64,000 bases of DNA from contig OZ024742.1 of the NCBI GenBank assembly GCA_964016885.1, forward strand, positions 132,866,001-132,930,000. The letters run 5' to 3'. This DNA comes from Eledone cirrhosa (taxonomy: Eukaryota). The translations under genes were made by a program, and so were the position numbers. Under the pieces are notes generated by a model that did not search any database, had not been told where the DNA came from, and saw only the letters and a list, made by a program, of their open reading frames with translations. Of this stretch, positions 16,338 to 31,715 are shown one piece after another. The first letter of the stretch is position 1; every line of letters starts with the position of its first letter.

Positions 16338-17051
16338 CAATACATAAGCTGTTTTATAAATAATTTTTGACATACCTTATAAATAATGCAACTTCTATTT
16401 AAAAAGTTGAGAATGCATATATACTTATGTTTGAAGTTGAGAATGCATATATACTTATGTTTGAAGTTTTATCTCAGATTTTGCTTATAGACCTAAGAAT
16501 TTTAAAACTAAGCATGTGGTCATTTTTTTTTTTTTTTTTTTTTTTCACACATTATGGATATGTGTCTCATTCATGAATACTGATATTTACATTATAATAC
16601 CTAATTCATAAAAATTGATAATTCAAATGGATGAGACATAATATATTTTTAATATATTTTAAATATATCATCTTTCTTTCTTTTTCTCCTATACACTGGA
16701 CGTGATTTATGTGTCGGCTAGGTTAACTGTTTACCTTCCCTCCCTAACCTCTCACATATACGTTGATCATCTGTCCAAAAGCTGCCTACTATATTTTTTC
16801 ACTTCCTCAATGTATTTCTCTCTCCCATATCTCCTTGTCTCTCTATCTCGCTCTGTTGTTTTTCTTTACATACATCTCTTCACCTTCTTCTTTTTTTATA
16901 TACATACATCTCTTCATCTTCTTCTTCTCATCTTCGTTTTTCTTTCTATATAACTGTCATAACAGTTTCACTACCAAATCAACTTTTTAAATAGAAGTTG
17001 CATTATTTATAAGGTATGACAAAAATTATTTATAAAACAGCTTATGTATTG

Positions 17052-17117
17052 TATTTTGTCTGAGGAAGGCATACCATATTTTTAATATGATATCCCAGAA
17101 ATATATATAACGAAATA
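17052..17117 (+). ncRNA. Type I hammerhead in the inverted pLTR (family B)
   Basis: Stem I tattttgt/acgaaata; CTGAGGA; stem II ggcatac-catatt..aatatg-atatcc; GAAA; palindromic atatatat stem III; AUA site. Confidence 0.75.
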
Positions 17118-17584
17118 AATATGGTTTTATAAATATAGTTTCCATTTGTTTAATATCCTAAACCTACTCCAGAAACTGTTGAGTGCTTTTATATCAGTTA
17201 TAAAATATTTACTCGATGTAACCCAACAATCTTATATAAAACTTTTCCATATATATATATATATATATATTTATGTATGTATATATATATATGTGAAGTA
17301 ATTCCGTCGGAAAAGTCCAGGAAAAAAGAGTGCTCTATGTAGGTAACAGAGCTTAATAGTTATGTAATAAACAACATAAGGCAATTATTCCATTTACCAG
17401 TGGTTTCTTAAAAGCAAGAAATTTTGCTTTCAATCATCAGAATGAAAAAATCCTGTGTATTTATTGATATTGGATTCTAAAAACAAAAATGCAATCTATA
17501 TGAAAGTGAGGCTGAAGAAGGAGGTAGGAAAGGAAAAATAAAATAAAAACACACATGCAAACACACACACACAATTATATACAT

Positions 17585-17665
<81 letters not shown>

Positions 17666-17799
17666 TACATACACACACACATATACACATAAATATGTGT
17701 ATATATATACATACACATACATATACACATACATACATACACACATACATATAAACATATCCATACATACACATACATATATACAACCACACACATATA

Positions 17800-18045
17800 T
17801 ATACACATATATATATCCTAGAAACGATCGTTAAATAATGAACTTTTTTTGTTTAATATAAGGAACTGTTTCATTGTTTTATTCATTATTTGTTTAATAT
17901 TTTATCTTGACTCTGTATTCCGTTTATCTTTCACCGAAAGTGATTTTTCATTACATCTCTTCTTTCCATGATATCCGGAATACATTGAGTTCTTCATACG
18001 GATTGGACACTACCGTAAACTCTTGGTAGATTTATCTACATAATA
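17800..18045 (+). repeat. Family I pLTR-like fragment (3' half of an HHR, GAAACgatcGTT)
   Basis: Matches 46975-47065 directly and 46755-46860 inverted. Confidence 0.65.
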
Positions 18046-18064
18046 TATATATATATATATATAT

Positions 18065-18223
18065 CTAAGGCGGGTAAAATTCCCGAGATCCATGGACGAG
18101 TTCTCTCCAGCGGTCTCTGTCCCTCATTATCGCTGCCATGTCCTGCGACTCCAACAGACCAGTGTCTGTCCTCAGGTCATCAACATACGTTAACCTTGGT
18201 CTTCCTCTTCTCCTGTGTCCATG
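18065..18223 (-). mobile_element. 3'-terminal ~158 bp of an RTE-clade LINE
   Basis: Encodes [22 protein letters not shown], typical of an RTE ORF C-terminus; close match to 23794-23951. Confidence 0.75.
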
Positions 18224-18672
18224 TATATGCATACACATACACATACATAGCCATAAACACATACATATACATACATACATACACACAATCATACGTATAT
18301 ATATACGCACATACATACACATACATACACACATATATACATGCATACATATGCATACACAATTAGAAAAATATACACACACCTCTACATATTCACACAC
18401 GCAAATAAATATAAGAAAACATATATATAATAATAGAAGTCAAAAAAGAAAATAATAAAGTTGACAGCGATACAAGCAACAAATAAATGAAAAAACACAC
18501 GTGGTAAGCAATACACACAAATGCACGTAGACATACATACGTAAAAATAAATACATGCACACACTCTCACACATAAATATACATATACAAATACATAAAC
18601 ACATACATACGCATACACAAATACATACACACACACATATATACATATATACACACACAATTACATACACAG

Positions 18673-18733
<61 letters not shown>

Positions 18734-18744
18734 AACCAGTAAGA

Positions 18745-18836
18745 CCCCGACGGCTGAGCTCAAGCCGTTTCGACGGCTAATTCTGGACTAAATGAAAATT
18801 TATCCTGGTATTTAAATAGCCGATCTTTTCAAGGGG
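18745..18836 (-). ncRNA. Type I hammerhead, U3-A8 variant (family A)
   Basis: cccc-TTGAAAA-ga(t)cggcta...tagccgtc-GAAAC-ggct..agcc-GTC-gggg. Confidence 0.78.
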
Positions 18837-19141
18837 TAATTCCATATATGGTCAAAGTGATTGTCAAAAATCAGAAGTAATTCTGTGATTGCAAATTAGT
18901 AGGGGAGATGGTGGCTAAACCTGCCATTGTTCTACCTACCGTTCCGACTTCCTCCCCCTCCACAGTATCTTCTTTGACCTCATGCCCAGCTGTAGCTGGC
19001 ACTACCAACGCTTGATTGGGTCTACTCCACCCCCTCCCCTCTTTCTCCTACTGGCAGGTTTAGCCACCATCTCCCCTACTAATTTGCAATCACAGAATTA
19101 CTACTGATTTTTGACAATCACTTTGACCATATATGGAATTA

Positions 19142-19233
19142 CCCCTTGAGAAGATCGGCTATTTAAATACCAGGATAAATTTTCATTTAGTCCAGAATTA
19201 GCCGTCGAAACGGCTTGAGCTCAGCCGTCGGGG
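19142..19233 (+). ncRNA. Type I hammerhead, U3-A8 variant (family A)
   Basis: cccc-TTGAGAA-ga(t)cggcta...tagccgtc-GAAAC-ggct tgagctc agcc-GTC-gggg; predicted cut after 19229. Confidence 0.78.
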
Positions 19234-19325
19234 TCTTACTGGTTCCTATTACCCACTCTACTACCCCAAGTATTGAGTACTTTGGTGCGTTATGGTCCAC
19301 CTGGTTCCTTACCACATTTCCTTCG

Positions 19326-19473
<148 letters not shown>

Positions 19474-19477
19474 CATA

Positions 19478-19593
<116 letters not shown>

Positions 19594-19904
19594 CATAACC
19601 ATACAATTATACACATACAAATACGTACATATCACAAACACACCCAACCAAATAAAAAAACACACACACATATATATATATATATATGAGAAAGAACATA
19701 AGTATTATAAATAAATATTTTATATATAAAAAATTTTGGAATACGACAATTAATAAATAAAATATATATATATATTTAGAAAAGGGTATAAATGCCCATA
19801 GCAGATCTAGAGCACTCAACAAGTTCATGGAGCAAAAGATCAATGAAAATAATCATCAAATCATTATATATAATGATGCACATACATACACCCTTATACA
19901 TATA

Positions 19905-19944
<40 letters not shown>

Positions 19945-20019
19945 TATATATACATACACACACACATACAAAAAAAACCAACCACAGAAATACAAACACA
20001 CATACAAAAAAGTATATAT

Positions 20020-20086
<67 letters not shown>

Positions 20087-20369
20087 TAGGAAGAGGCCTG
20101 CCCCTACAGCAGAGCTCAAGCTTTTTCTGAGGCTATTATATAAAAACACACAAAACCATTATATAAAAAATAAATATCTAAAAATAAAAAAAATGTTTGG
20201 TATGTGAAGGGTAAGGCAAAAAAATAGGGGGGCGAAAGGAGGGGGGAAATATGACATAGGAAAAGGTTTAAATATAAGGGGCGATAAGGGAGAAAGAGAA
20301 TACAAGAGTACAGAACGTGTATTCAGCAGGTAAAAAAACTGTAGTAGAAGTAAAGAGGAGAGAGGGAGT

Positions 20370-22464
20370 TCAAGGCGGTTGAGTTATCATAGGAATGTCA
20401 ATCCAGTTACAGATCAGATGTGATTTCAGATGAGGACAACATCTGAAGATCTCGGTCTTTGAGTTCAGGCAAGCATAAGTAGCTTTCAAGTTTAGTAAAA
20501 TCCTATATTTTTCTGTGGTACACAAAGAATAATTCTTTGTGCCCCTTTGGTAATCCCTCGAATGGTCTAAAATAGTCCAATCGATAGAGTACGGGGTGTT
20601 TTTATCCTTGAATTCACACACCTTACTTGCGAGGGCCGTTGTTGTTCGTTTATCGGAGTGCTTAAAAGAAGTGACATGTGAGTAAAACATGGTTTTAAAC
20701 CTGTCCTGGGTCATGCCGACATATCACTCACTCCTGGCTGGCTGGTTGTGGATTAAAGGTGTTATTTTAGCCCCATAAACAACAGATTTGGTGTTACATT
20801 TGTCCTGCAATGGGCATTCATCCGGCTTCCTGCAACTGCATCCTGGATTTGTTCTCGTATGATTTGAATTAGTGATCTTGGACTTCATAGATGGGCAACA
20901 AGAGTAACTGATCTTAACTACATTCCTATTAAATATCTTATAATATCTATAATTAGGAGGAAAATGTTTATCTAAGGGTTCAAGGAATTTCCTTCCTACA
21001 TTAGTTTTGACAGTTAGAGAGAATGGGGTGTAATCCAAATAATTTTCCTTTTTCTGTTATTGTGGTTAGTTTTAGGGAGGGGGGGGGGTAGGTAAATAAT
21101 AAATTTGTTCTGTAAACCGCTGTTCTTAAGGCCTTTATTATAATAAGGGGCGGCTTTATTAAAAATGTCTATAGACGAAGATAAGGTAGAAATCCTACGG
21201 CTAATGTTGGGAATAAGATTATTAAAAACTATAGGGGGATGGCAAGACTCTCTGTGTATATACCTAATATTTTCATTAGGTTTATGATAAGGTTTAAAAG
21301 AGGCGGTAAGTAGATCAAGATTAATGTCAAGAAAGTTAGCATTGGTACTTTTCGTATCTATAGTGATTCTAAGGTTAAGATTAGCAACATTATTGATTAA
21401 ATCTTTACAGAATTTATCAAGGTTATGGCCGTTGGTGGTATGAGAAACTGCCAATCCGTCATCATGGTATAAACCGGTATTATGGGAAGGAAATTTCTCT
21501 TTGAGGGTGTGGAGAAGGAATAATCCTACTAAGTCACACACATCCGCACTGTCATATGAACCCATTGCAACATCAAAAGAGTTTTCAGGGTTTGACTTTT
21601 TAACCCAAATATTTTCATTAGTAAAGATAATGTCTTCTTCTAATTTAGAAATATTAATGAAGGGTCTTGCAAACTCTAAGGCATTAGTTAATTAGGAAAC
21701 AGTAATAGGGGAGTAAAAATCAACAATATCAAATTGGGTAAATATACACTTATTTTTACTTTGTATATTATTAAACCAAGAAATAACAGAGGAAGTATTT
21801 AGCCACTGTGATAGGTCAGTCTTAGTTCTAATTTGGAGAACTATTTTTCTTAAGATTTTTTTACTTGCCAACTTCGGATTTAGCCGGGTTAGTCAGTCTA
21901 CAACTAGGTCGATTAGTAAAGTCTAATGTATGGTCTTTAAGGGTAATATATGCTTTACTCTTAACTAGGCCTTCAATCCGGTTGTCTATTTTTAAAGAAC
22001 TAGCTAATTCTTTAGCTTCTTTATTAATAGTATGGTAGGTATTATTATTAGTTAATTGATATTTGTTGGTGATACTATTAGTTAAAAGTTGGTTATACAA
22101 AGTACTATTAACTTCAAAGAGATTTTTAGTTTTATCAGAAAGAACAAAGGTAATTGTAGAATTTTTTAAATTAGTAATACCGTTAGACAGTTTAGTTTGA
22201 AAGTTATTATTGTACTTACGAAATTTGATATCACTAATTAAATTAACAAGGTCTAATTCGAAGTTGGCCATGTCTTTAATTCTAGGTGGATATTTATGTC
22301 AAAACAATCATTAGTATCAGCACTGAATAGTCCATCGTAAACCATTGCCTTCTACCTCATTCTTTTAACGACTTGTCGATTTTATCTATAAGCATTTTGG
22401 TATAAGTTGTGTTGGAAGGAGTAGGTATATTTTTGATTGAATATTCCAATTCATAAAGGTCCAT
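20370..22464 (-). pseudogene. Second Naiad-like PLE RT-GIY-YIG ORF, multiply disrupted
   Basis: YSIKNIP, CRLTNPAKSEVG, MGSYD..CDLVGL, GLYHDDGL, CSCRKPDECPLQDKC, VVY..YVG, CCPH; several frameshifts and stops. Confidence 0.88.
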
Positions 22465-22532
22465 GGTGTATGTTGGTTAAATTCCTTAAAACTGTAGAGT
22501 GCTCAACTGATCGGGCTGGAAAGTGCCAATCG

Positions 22533-23090
<558 letters not shown>

Positions 23091-23143
23091 GTTTTGGGCC
23101 TAACGTAGAAACAATTATTTACATCGTAATATCATCTACAATC

Positions 23144-23565
<422 letters not shown>

Positions 23566-23625
23566 TAAGTATATATATATATATATGTATATACATATAT
23601 ATATGTATATATATATATATATAAG

Positions 23626-23658
<33 letters not shown>

Positions 23659-23671
23659 GTATATGTATATA

Positions 23672-23722
<51 letters not shown>

Positions 23723-23726
23723 GTAT

Positions 23727-23781
<55 letters not shown>

Positions 23782-23793
23782 CATATATATATA

Positions 23794-23946
23794 CATGGAC
23801 ACACTAGAAGAGGACGACCAAGGTTAATGTATGTTGATGCCCTAAGGACAGACACTGGTCTGTTGGAGATGCAGGACATGGCAGCGATAATGAGGGATAG
23901 AGACCGCTGGAGAGAACTCGTCTATGGATCTCGGGAATTTTACCCG

Positions 23947-23951
<5 letters not shown>
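23794..23951 (+). mobile_element. 3'-terminal ~158 bp of an RTE-clade LINE
   Basis: [22 protein letters not shown]; sister of 18065-18223. Confidence 0.75.
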
Positions 23952-24640
<689 letters not shown>

Positions 24641-24644
24641 TTTA

Positions 24645-24822
24645 ATTGGCAGTATCGGTAGAGGGTCTGACGCCATGCTTTCCAGCATAGTTACGTCCAT
24701 TTACGATCTGAGTTCAAATCTGGCCGAGGTTAAATTTGCCTTTCATCCTTACGGGGTCGATAAAATAAAGTACCAGTAATGTACTGGGTATTTGCTGGCC
24801 TTGTGCCTAAAATAGAAACAAT

Positions 24823-24825
<3 letters not shown>
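24645..24825 (+). mobile_element. tRNA-derived SINE
   Basis: tggcagtatcgg (A box), gagttcaaatc (B box), conserved core and tail. Confidence 0.88.
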
Positions 24826-24862
<37 letters not shown>

Positions 24863-24940
24863 ATATATATATATATATATATATGCATGTATGTATATAT
24901 ATGCATGTATGTATATATATATATGTATGTATGTATTATA

Positions 24941-25265
24941 AGGGCGGTAGATTGGCAGTATCGGTAGAGGGTCGGACGCCATGCTTTGCACTACAGTTAC
25001 GTCCCTCTGCAGGCTGAGTTCAAATCCCGCCGAGGTTAACTTTGACTTTCATCCTTACGGGGTCGATAAAATAAAGTACCAGTAATACACTAGGATAATT
25101 GCTGGCCTTGTGCCAAAAGTAGAAACTATCATATTATATATGTTTTTTATCGATGTAAATACTGCCGGGATTAACTTTGCCTTTCAACCTTACGGGTTCG
25201 ATAAAATAAAGTACCAGTAATGCACTGGGGTAATTGCTGGCCTTGTTTCAAAATTACAAACACTT
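24941..25265 (+). mobile_element. Full SINE plus an adjacent partial SINE
   Basis: Full copy 24941-25130; 3' half repeated at 25163-25265. Confidence 0.85.
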
Positions 25266-26149
25266 ATATTATATATGTTTTTTACAATTTATAGTTGTGG
25301 ATTCTCTATATCAGAGAATTGAATATCGTAGGAAAAGGACGTGTTTTGAATATGAATAGAATCGCATACTCTAGGATACCGGTACCGGATGTTTATAAGC
25401 ACATGCATAACCTTCTGGAAATGTGTGACGGCACGTAAGCTATATACTGTGTTGAGGATGTGTACTTACAAAATTAGTGATATTATTACGACATCGCTGA
25501 GGTTGGATGTATTAGCAAAAGCATTAGGGTGTCTGACAACATGGTGTGCGCCCTATATTAACGGAACTGTAGAATCTGAGTTGAAATCCCACCAATGTTT
25601 ACTTTACTTTTCATCCTTACGAGGTTAATAATATAAAGTACCAGTAACCATCTCGAACTCCACACACGCCAGGATCCACCAGATATCCAACTCTGGTGGA
25701 ATTCCTGCAATTTTGAACTTCTTTCCCGTTACGCCGGATACAGTATGTATTTGTCTGTACGACAGTGGACCCGAATATTTAACACGGCCAGGGTTTCACT
25801 CTTGAAGAGCATTGTAGTATTACCAAATTTCTAGGTTCTAGATGTTTGCTGGATGTCCGGCAATGTGGTTTTCGGAGCTCATCTAACTTCATAAAAAGCT
25901 ACTGCCTCTGGCAATCTGCTTGTACTGAAGTACATGTATATGGAAAAGAGATATTTTAGCAGTTGATGCCAACACCTCGGTCGGGACGGCTATGTTGGCC
26001 TTAATTTTGTACAATTTCACAAGTTTGGCTGCTTGTGCCAAACAGTGTACTTATTCAAAATATACATACCGAAATGGCTTTTGGGCTTGTACTTCAATCC
26101 GAAATAATAATCACGGCATCACTGAGTGGGGAACTATTAACAGAATCAT

Positions 26150-26330
26150 TAGAGCGGCGGGCAACGTGACCACATTCATGTCCCTTTACGTTCTGAATTC
26201 AAATCATGCCGAGGTTGACTTTGCCTTTCATTCTTATTGGAATGATAAAGTAAAGCACTGAGTTCGATTGGATCGACTTTCCACTTTCCTCCAAATTACT
26301 GGTCTTTTGACAAATGTAGAAACCATCATT
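26150..26330 (+). mobile_element. Diverged SINE
   Basis: ttcaaatcatgccgaggttgactttgcctttcatt and tail gtagaaacc. Confidence 0.6.
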
Positions 26331-27539
26331 ACAACATCGCTAACGTAAATAAGATTTGGTATGTAATTTTACAGTTTAATTAATGCACATAGAAGTACGC
26401 AGTCAAACTATATGATATAAGAACATTATACCAAAGCAATGTAGACCTGAGTTTTCCAGCTGAATAAATTCCTTTGGAGAAATACACGGATTTTCTGTTG
26501 ACACAGTATATATAAAAAAAATAATGAACGAACTGTTGATCGTTCGCCTGAATGTCTGTCTGAGATTCCTAATCATTCACATTAGTTGCATCTCAAATGG
26601 TACAACAGCGCTGTCATATCTCAAAGGAGTTTTCTTTCTTCTCGTCTCTTAGCAGAAACACATAACAAACAAGACGGATATTAAATTAGATATTTTTTAC
26701 TATTTTAATAAAATATTACCGAGAGTGTGGAAATGATTTCTGTGTTTCTCTGCATAACTCCATACGGAATGTCTAATTTGTCATGGTTTAACATTTCATT
26801 TCGAAGCTGCACAGCAATTTCTTTACAACGCAGTAGGAGTAATGAGTTACTTGCAACCTAACATGAGATATATCATGCGTTAACATCATGCAGTTTGCTT
26901 TGCCCAGGGCTTCCATTATTGACTTAATAATATGTTTATACGAATATCTCACATTACTACTTGCTAAATTCTAAGGCTCTCACACGAGTACACACACGCA
27001 AACGTACAAATATATAAAATATAACATAAACTTACACTACATTTAGATACATCCGCACATCCATTATACAGACAAAAGCAAATATAATTTTCATTTCTCC
27101 TCATCCTTACAACGATGCTATTGTACCTCTTTAGTTATTCATTTATTTCCGTTAATGCATTATAATGGCTGCTTATATTTTTATGATTACCATAATCATC
27201 ATCGTAATTGTTGTTGTTGTTATTACTACTATTATCATTATATTTGCTGTTGAGTCTTTCGAGATATGTTACACATCGCTCCGTATGTTTTTTTCTATTT
27301 TCACCCTGTTACTCGAACATATATTATTGAATTTTGTTATTGTTTCGTAGTTAACGTAACAAGTATCATCGTGAGCTGGTTAGATTTCCTCCATCTGCAG
27401 CGCTAAGCGGCTAAAGCGTAGATTGTTAATCAAACACGTCCCTCAATGTTTGTTTAAAAAAGAAAGCTATTGGTTACTGGAAGCTAAACTTGTCGTTCAT
27501 TTCACGTATAAGTTACAGGCACCAGGTCAATAATTTAGT

Positions 27540-28730
27540 TGACAGAGCAGACGTTAACAAAAAGTCGTGGCGGTGTTGGGCTCTCAAAACAGATATTAGA
27601 GTAATCTCGATCGGTTTTAACAAACGAGTAGCGTTAGAGTAAAAGAGAAAGACGGGGAAGCTGGTATGTAAATTAGACGAGGCTATTTGTTGTGGCATTG
27701 AAAATGACGAGCTAGCGGTGAGAATGGTATTAGACCGTTTCATCAATGCGACACACGAAAGTTGCATTGTCAAAATAAGGTGCGTCCTCAAGAAGCGGAT
27801 GAACTAAAGCCGTTCGATGAGTCCGCATGGAAGAGACTTAAGCGTGGTAACAAAACAACAATTAGATCTTTTACGGGCCGAAAGGAATGTGAGCTGAACG
27901 ATTCCAGGCAGATGTGTTAAACCTTTCAACGTCACTTTGTTCACGTTTTCTAGAGGAGCGCAGGCGGCGGTGACGGTAGCGGATTTCAGTCCTTACCTCG
28001 ATGCCTTACTGCGTCTCCCGCCAGCCGATTATGAGCGCTGTGAAAGGTTGATACTTTCAGCCGATATTCGGGATGCTCTCGAAGCGCTTTACTGTAAATG
28101 GCAGTAGAACGGGATTATTCCCACTTCTTTGAGCCGGTGCGTAGTGACGCTTGTAAGTTAAGACGATAAAAATAGGGATATGCTAGACAACACCAGGCCC
28201 ATTATTCTGCTAAACATGGAGTTTAAAATGTTGGCCAACGTGTTAGCGAAGTGGTTTGCGCTTGTCATTGAGGATTGGGAAGGGGTGGCACAAACTTTCG
28301 CAAATCCCGACCTAGTCCATACACGACAACCACCAGCACATGCGATACACCATAGAGAGGGATGGGTGTAAATCTGGCTTCGGAGAGGCTTTAATTAATT
28401 TAGATCAATCGAGAGCTTTCGACAGGGTTGACCATCGGTATCTGGAGGCTGTCGTCAAGGGAGCTGGTTTCGGTCCCGTCTTCAGAGGCTGGACCGCTGC
28501 AATGAACAACGGCTTCGGCTTGGTTGTCAAAGTTAATGGCCATCTTTCGGAACCGTTTCAGATCTCTCGATCGGTGTGTCAAGTGTGTCTTCTCTCCTCC
28601 ATTCTGTATATATTGATCTCGAGCCTTTACTGCGGAAGTTTGAACTGTTGCAGCGCATGCCACTCGAACTGATAGTGGAAATGCGGTTTCGGCATATGCA
28701 GACGACATCACCTTGATGGTGTCGGACACC
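27540..28730 (+). mobile_element. Decayed Tx1-clade LINE RT fragment
   Basis: RPIILLNMEFK, LDQSRAFDRVDH, SVCQ, AYADD; colinear with 54480-55750. Confidence 0.85.
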
Positions 28731-30103
28731 CAACTACCATTAAATATATTGCTGTTCCTAGGTATTTACATTGGCTTATATCAGATTGCTTTGAGAAGAA
28801 CATTGTGGCTATTATTACTGTTGCGTGAGCCTAAGCAATCAGAATTAATTAAGTGAAAGCTAATCTCAGTGGTTAAAATTGCTCTCCACTTTTCAGAGTA
28901 TGCCATAAAGCAGATGGATCTGTGTCTCATAGTGCTCCCTACTATGCAGTTTACGCCATAAAGCAGACGGATCTGTGGATCATACTGCTGGCGGATGTGT
29001 GCAACTAGCATAAACACGCTATGAAATATAACATGATCTCATAGCAAAAATGTCCATTGGGAGTTGAGCAAGAATACATCGAAACGCAAGGTCCGTGGTA
29101 TGAACATACTCCTCTTTCATCATGCCTATCAGACGGGTAGCTTGAGATCAAAACCACTAAGTCTAATACAACCGCCCTGATATTGCTGTAACAAGCCCCC
29201 CGCCGAAAAAATAGTCTTTCATTGTTATCCCTCAATTTGTATCACAGTGTGGCTCGAAAGGAAATGGAAAAGATCAATAAGTATGCAGGCCTTGCAGGCG
29301 CTTTTATAACTGATCACCATGAAGTGACAGTGATCGTGCCAATCGGCTTACGACTTTCACACAAGCCTTGTCATAGGCAGTGCCCAAATGTCTACCATCA
29401 ATAGCCCTACCAGAATCCTACACGATATGTTGAGCCCTTACACTGCACCTAGAAACCGATTGCTAGAGGAACCTTACAAAAGGAAAAAAAATATATTCTT
29501 ATTATCATCATTATTTAGTTATTTTAATTATTTACCTTTTATTAATAAGGATATTAAAGTATTATTTTTGTATAATTTTCAACAATAACTACTTTCCATG
29601 ATAACGACTTATTTTCTGTTCCAATTAGCTTAGCTTGAACAACTGCAAACTCACACGCACACACAAAACATAACAGCAACAGTAAAACAAACACGCAAAA
29701 TAATAAAAATAAAAAACAAAACAAACATATTTGGTAAGATATTTTAGCCTCTTTTAGCAGACAAGCAATGAGTAATTTGCGTAACGTTATTCGAGAGCCA
29801 TAAATATAGCTTTTAAGAATCCAATTAGGAGGCTGACGAGTACAACGAAATTGAAATTTACAATGCAAATACGAATAAAATATTAGTACATATTATATAG
29901 ACGTATGTATGTGGGTGGGTGCACTTTCATGTGTGTGTGTGCTCGAGCATCATTTCATGTGTTTATGAGTATCAATTTTATAATAAACTACACGATATAA
30001 TTTACATTCTAAGCGATTATTGAAAATTGATAATGATATTAAATGCCTGATATAGACATTTCTCCTTCCAGACAGTTACAACAGAAACACTTTCTAAAAT
30101 ATA

Positions 30104-30144
<41 letters not shown>

Positions 30145-30174
30145 TATATATATATATATATGCACACACATATT

Positions 30175-30272
<98 letters not shown>

Positions 30273-30304
30273 AGTGTCTATATATATATATATATATAAA
30301 CATA

Positions 30305-30870
30305 AATTATAGAGATTCGCATTTCGGCCCACGAAATAACGAAAAACAACCTCCGAGATGTGCGGCAAGTGCTCAATGATTCAGATGAACCAGAGCTATA
30401 ACAAACGTTAAAGGCCAAACACACTGAGACGATGGTTAAACAATCATTCGCATAGCCAAAAAATAAAACGATCAAGTAATTCGGGTATTGAAAATTTACC
30501 CGTACCCCTGGAAGGTTGGTAAAATCCAGTATATGGGTTTCTGCGGCTCCTAAATCAAGTACCGTCTGCTTACATAAACAATGTCAGGCTTCTGGTAAGA
30601 TGATTGAACAAGGAAGCCACTTTCTCAACAGATTTTAGTTCAATGTTAATACAAGGACTGACCATCGCTGACCCACGTGAGGATCGGCAAGGGAGGCAAC
30701 CCCTATATCAGAAGAATGAATTCAGTTGTGTATATTTTTGCAAGAATGCAAAAAGATCACAAATCGAATAGAGTTCTCAACAGAAGGGTTAAAATTAACA
30801 GAAGCTATTCATCAGTCAATAGAATCAACTAAACATTCAAGAAAATTAACTGGTCAATAGCTAGAGTCTA
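30305..30870. repeat. Single ~570-bp copy of the repeat found in tandem at 58245-59186
   Basis: Shared ccgagatgtgcggcaa, caaacacactgagac, cccctggaaggttggtaa, aattaact..tcaatagctaga. Confidence 0.8.
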
Positions 30871-30895
30871 TATATATATGTATATGTATATAAAT

Positions 30896-30987
<92 letters not shown>

Positions 30988-31019
30988 TAAAATAAGAGGT
31001 GTAACACAAGAGTTGTGCT

Positions 31020-31670
31020 ATATTAGTAAAAGGAAAAGAAAATGGTGACAAATTTCTCTCAGTGAAAAATAGTTTAATTAGGAATAAGTATAAATTAGTA
31101 ATTGTTTCTACTTTAGGCACAAGGCCAGCAATTACCCAGTGCATTACTGGTACTTTATTTTATCGACCCCGTAAGGATGAAAGGCAAAGTCAACCTCGGC
31201 GGGATTTGAACTCAGATCGTAAAGGGACGTAACTATGCTGGACAGCATGGCGTCCGACCCTCTACCGATACTGCCAATTGGTTAGTGTTCAGTTTTAGTT
31301 TTAACTTTTTACCGGTTGCGCATTTCTAATGCTTTTCAAAAATAATTTTGAGATAGAGCGCTCGTGATGTTTGCTCTAATCTGATTAGTTTTGGAAATTC
31401 TTCCTGTTTTATGTGAAAAAAGTGGCCCCAGAGGTATTAAGATTTGGTTGGTTGTTGAATGTCACGTGAGTGAGTACTATGAATTTCGCGCCAATTCGTG
31501 TTGCAAAAATTCTTGTAGTCAAAACAATTTTGATTAGTTGGTAGAGGTCACGTGAATGTTAAAAATTGACTTTGTGCCAAATGTAAGTTTGTCGAAGAAA
31601 ATTAAATACTTATTCCTAATTAAACTATTTTTCACTGGGAAAAATTTGTCACCATTTCCATTTCCTTTTA

Positions 31671-31675
<5 letters not shown>
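31020..31675. repeat. Element with ~70-bp terminal inverted repeats, interrupted by a SINE
   Basis: 31020-31091 is the reverse complement of 31606-31675; TA runs outside. Confidence 0.65.
31098..31278 (-). mobile_element. tRNA-derived SINE
   Basis: Reverse complement of the SINE family sequence. Confidence 0.88.

Positions 31676-31715
<40 letters not shown>

Larger units (their letters stand above)
12505..17250 (-). mobile_element. Near-complete Penelope-like element (Naiad-like) with 3' pLTR, partial 5' pLTR and upstream inverted pLTR
   Basis: 12505-13205 is the reverse complement of 16438-17155; 16140-16410 is inverted relative to 16978-17250; flanked by (TA)n. Confidence 0.88.

Noticed and set aside
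20094-20140. 3' half of a family-A-like HHR downstream of the third PLE (also near 3280-3325)
   Set aside because: No 5' core found; only suggests that family A derives from a related pLTR
20724-20726. In-frame TGA before YVG in the Naiad-like ORF (possible selenocysteine, as reported for some Naiads)
   Set aside because: Not at a conserved Cys position (Asn in the sister element), the copy has several other lesions and no SECIS was recognised; most likely a nonsense mutation
24645-24730. A/B-box sequence as a tRNA gene
   Set aside because: No cloverleaf; it is the SINE head
25650-26100. Moderately GC-rich stretch as a possible host exon (also 2530-3135)
   Set aside because: No recognisable protein in the frames examined; cannot be supported without a search
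29833-29860. CTGACGA-gt aca ac-GAAA
   Set aside because: 2-bp stem II and no stem I; expected by chance
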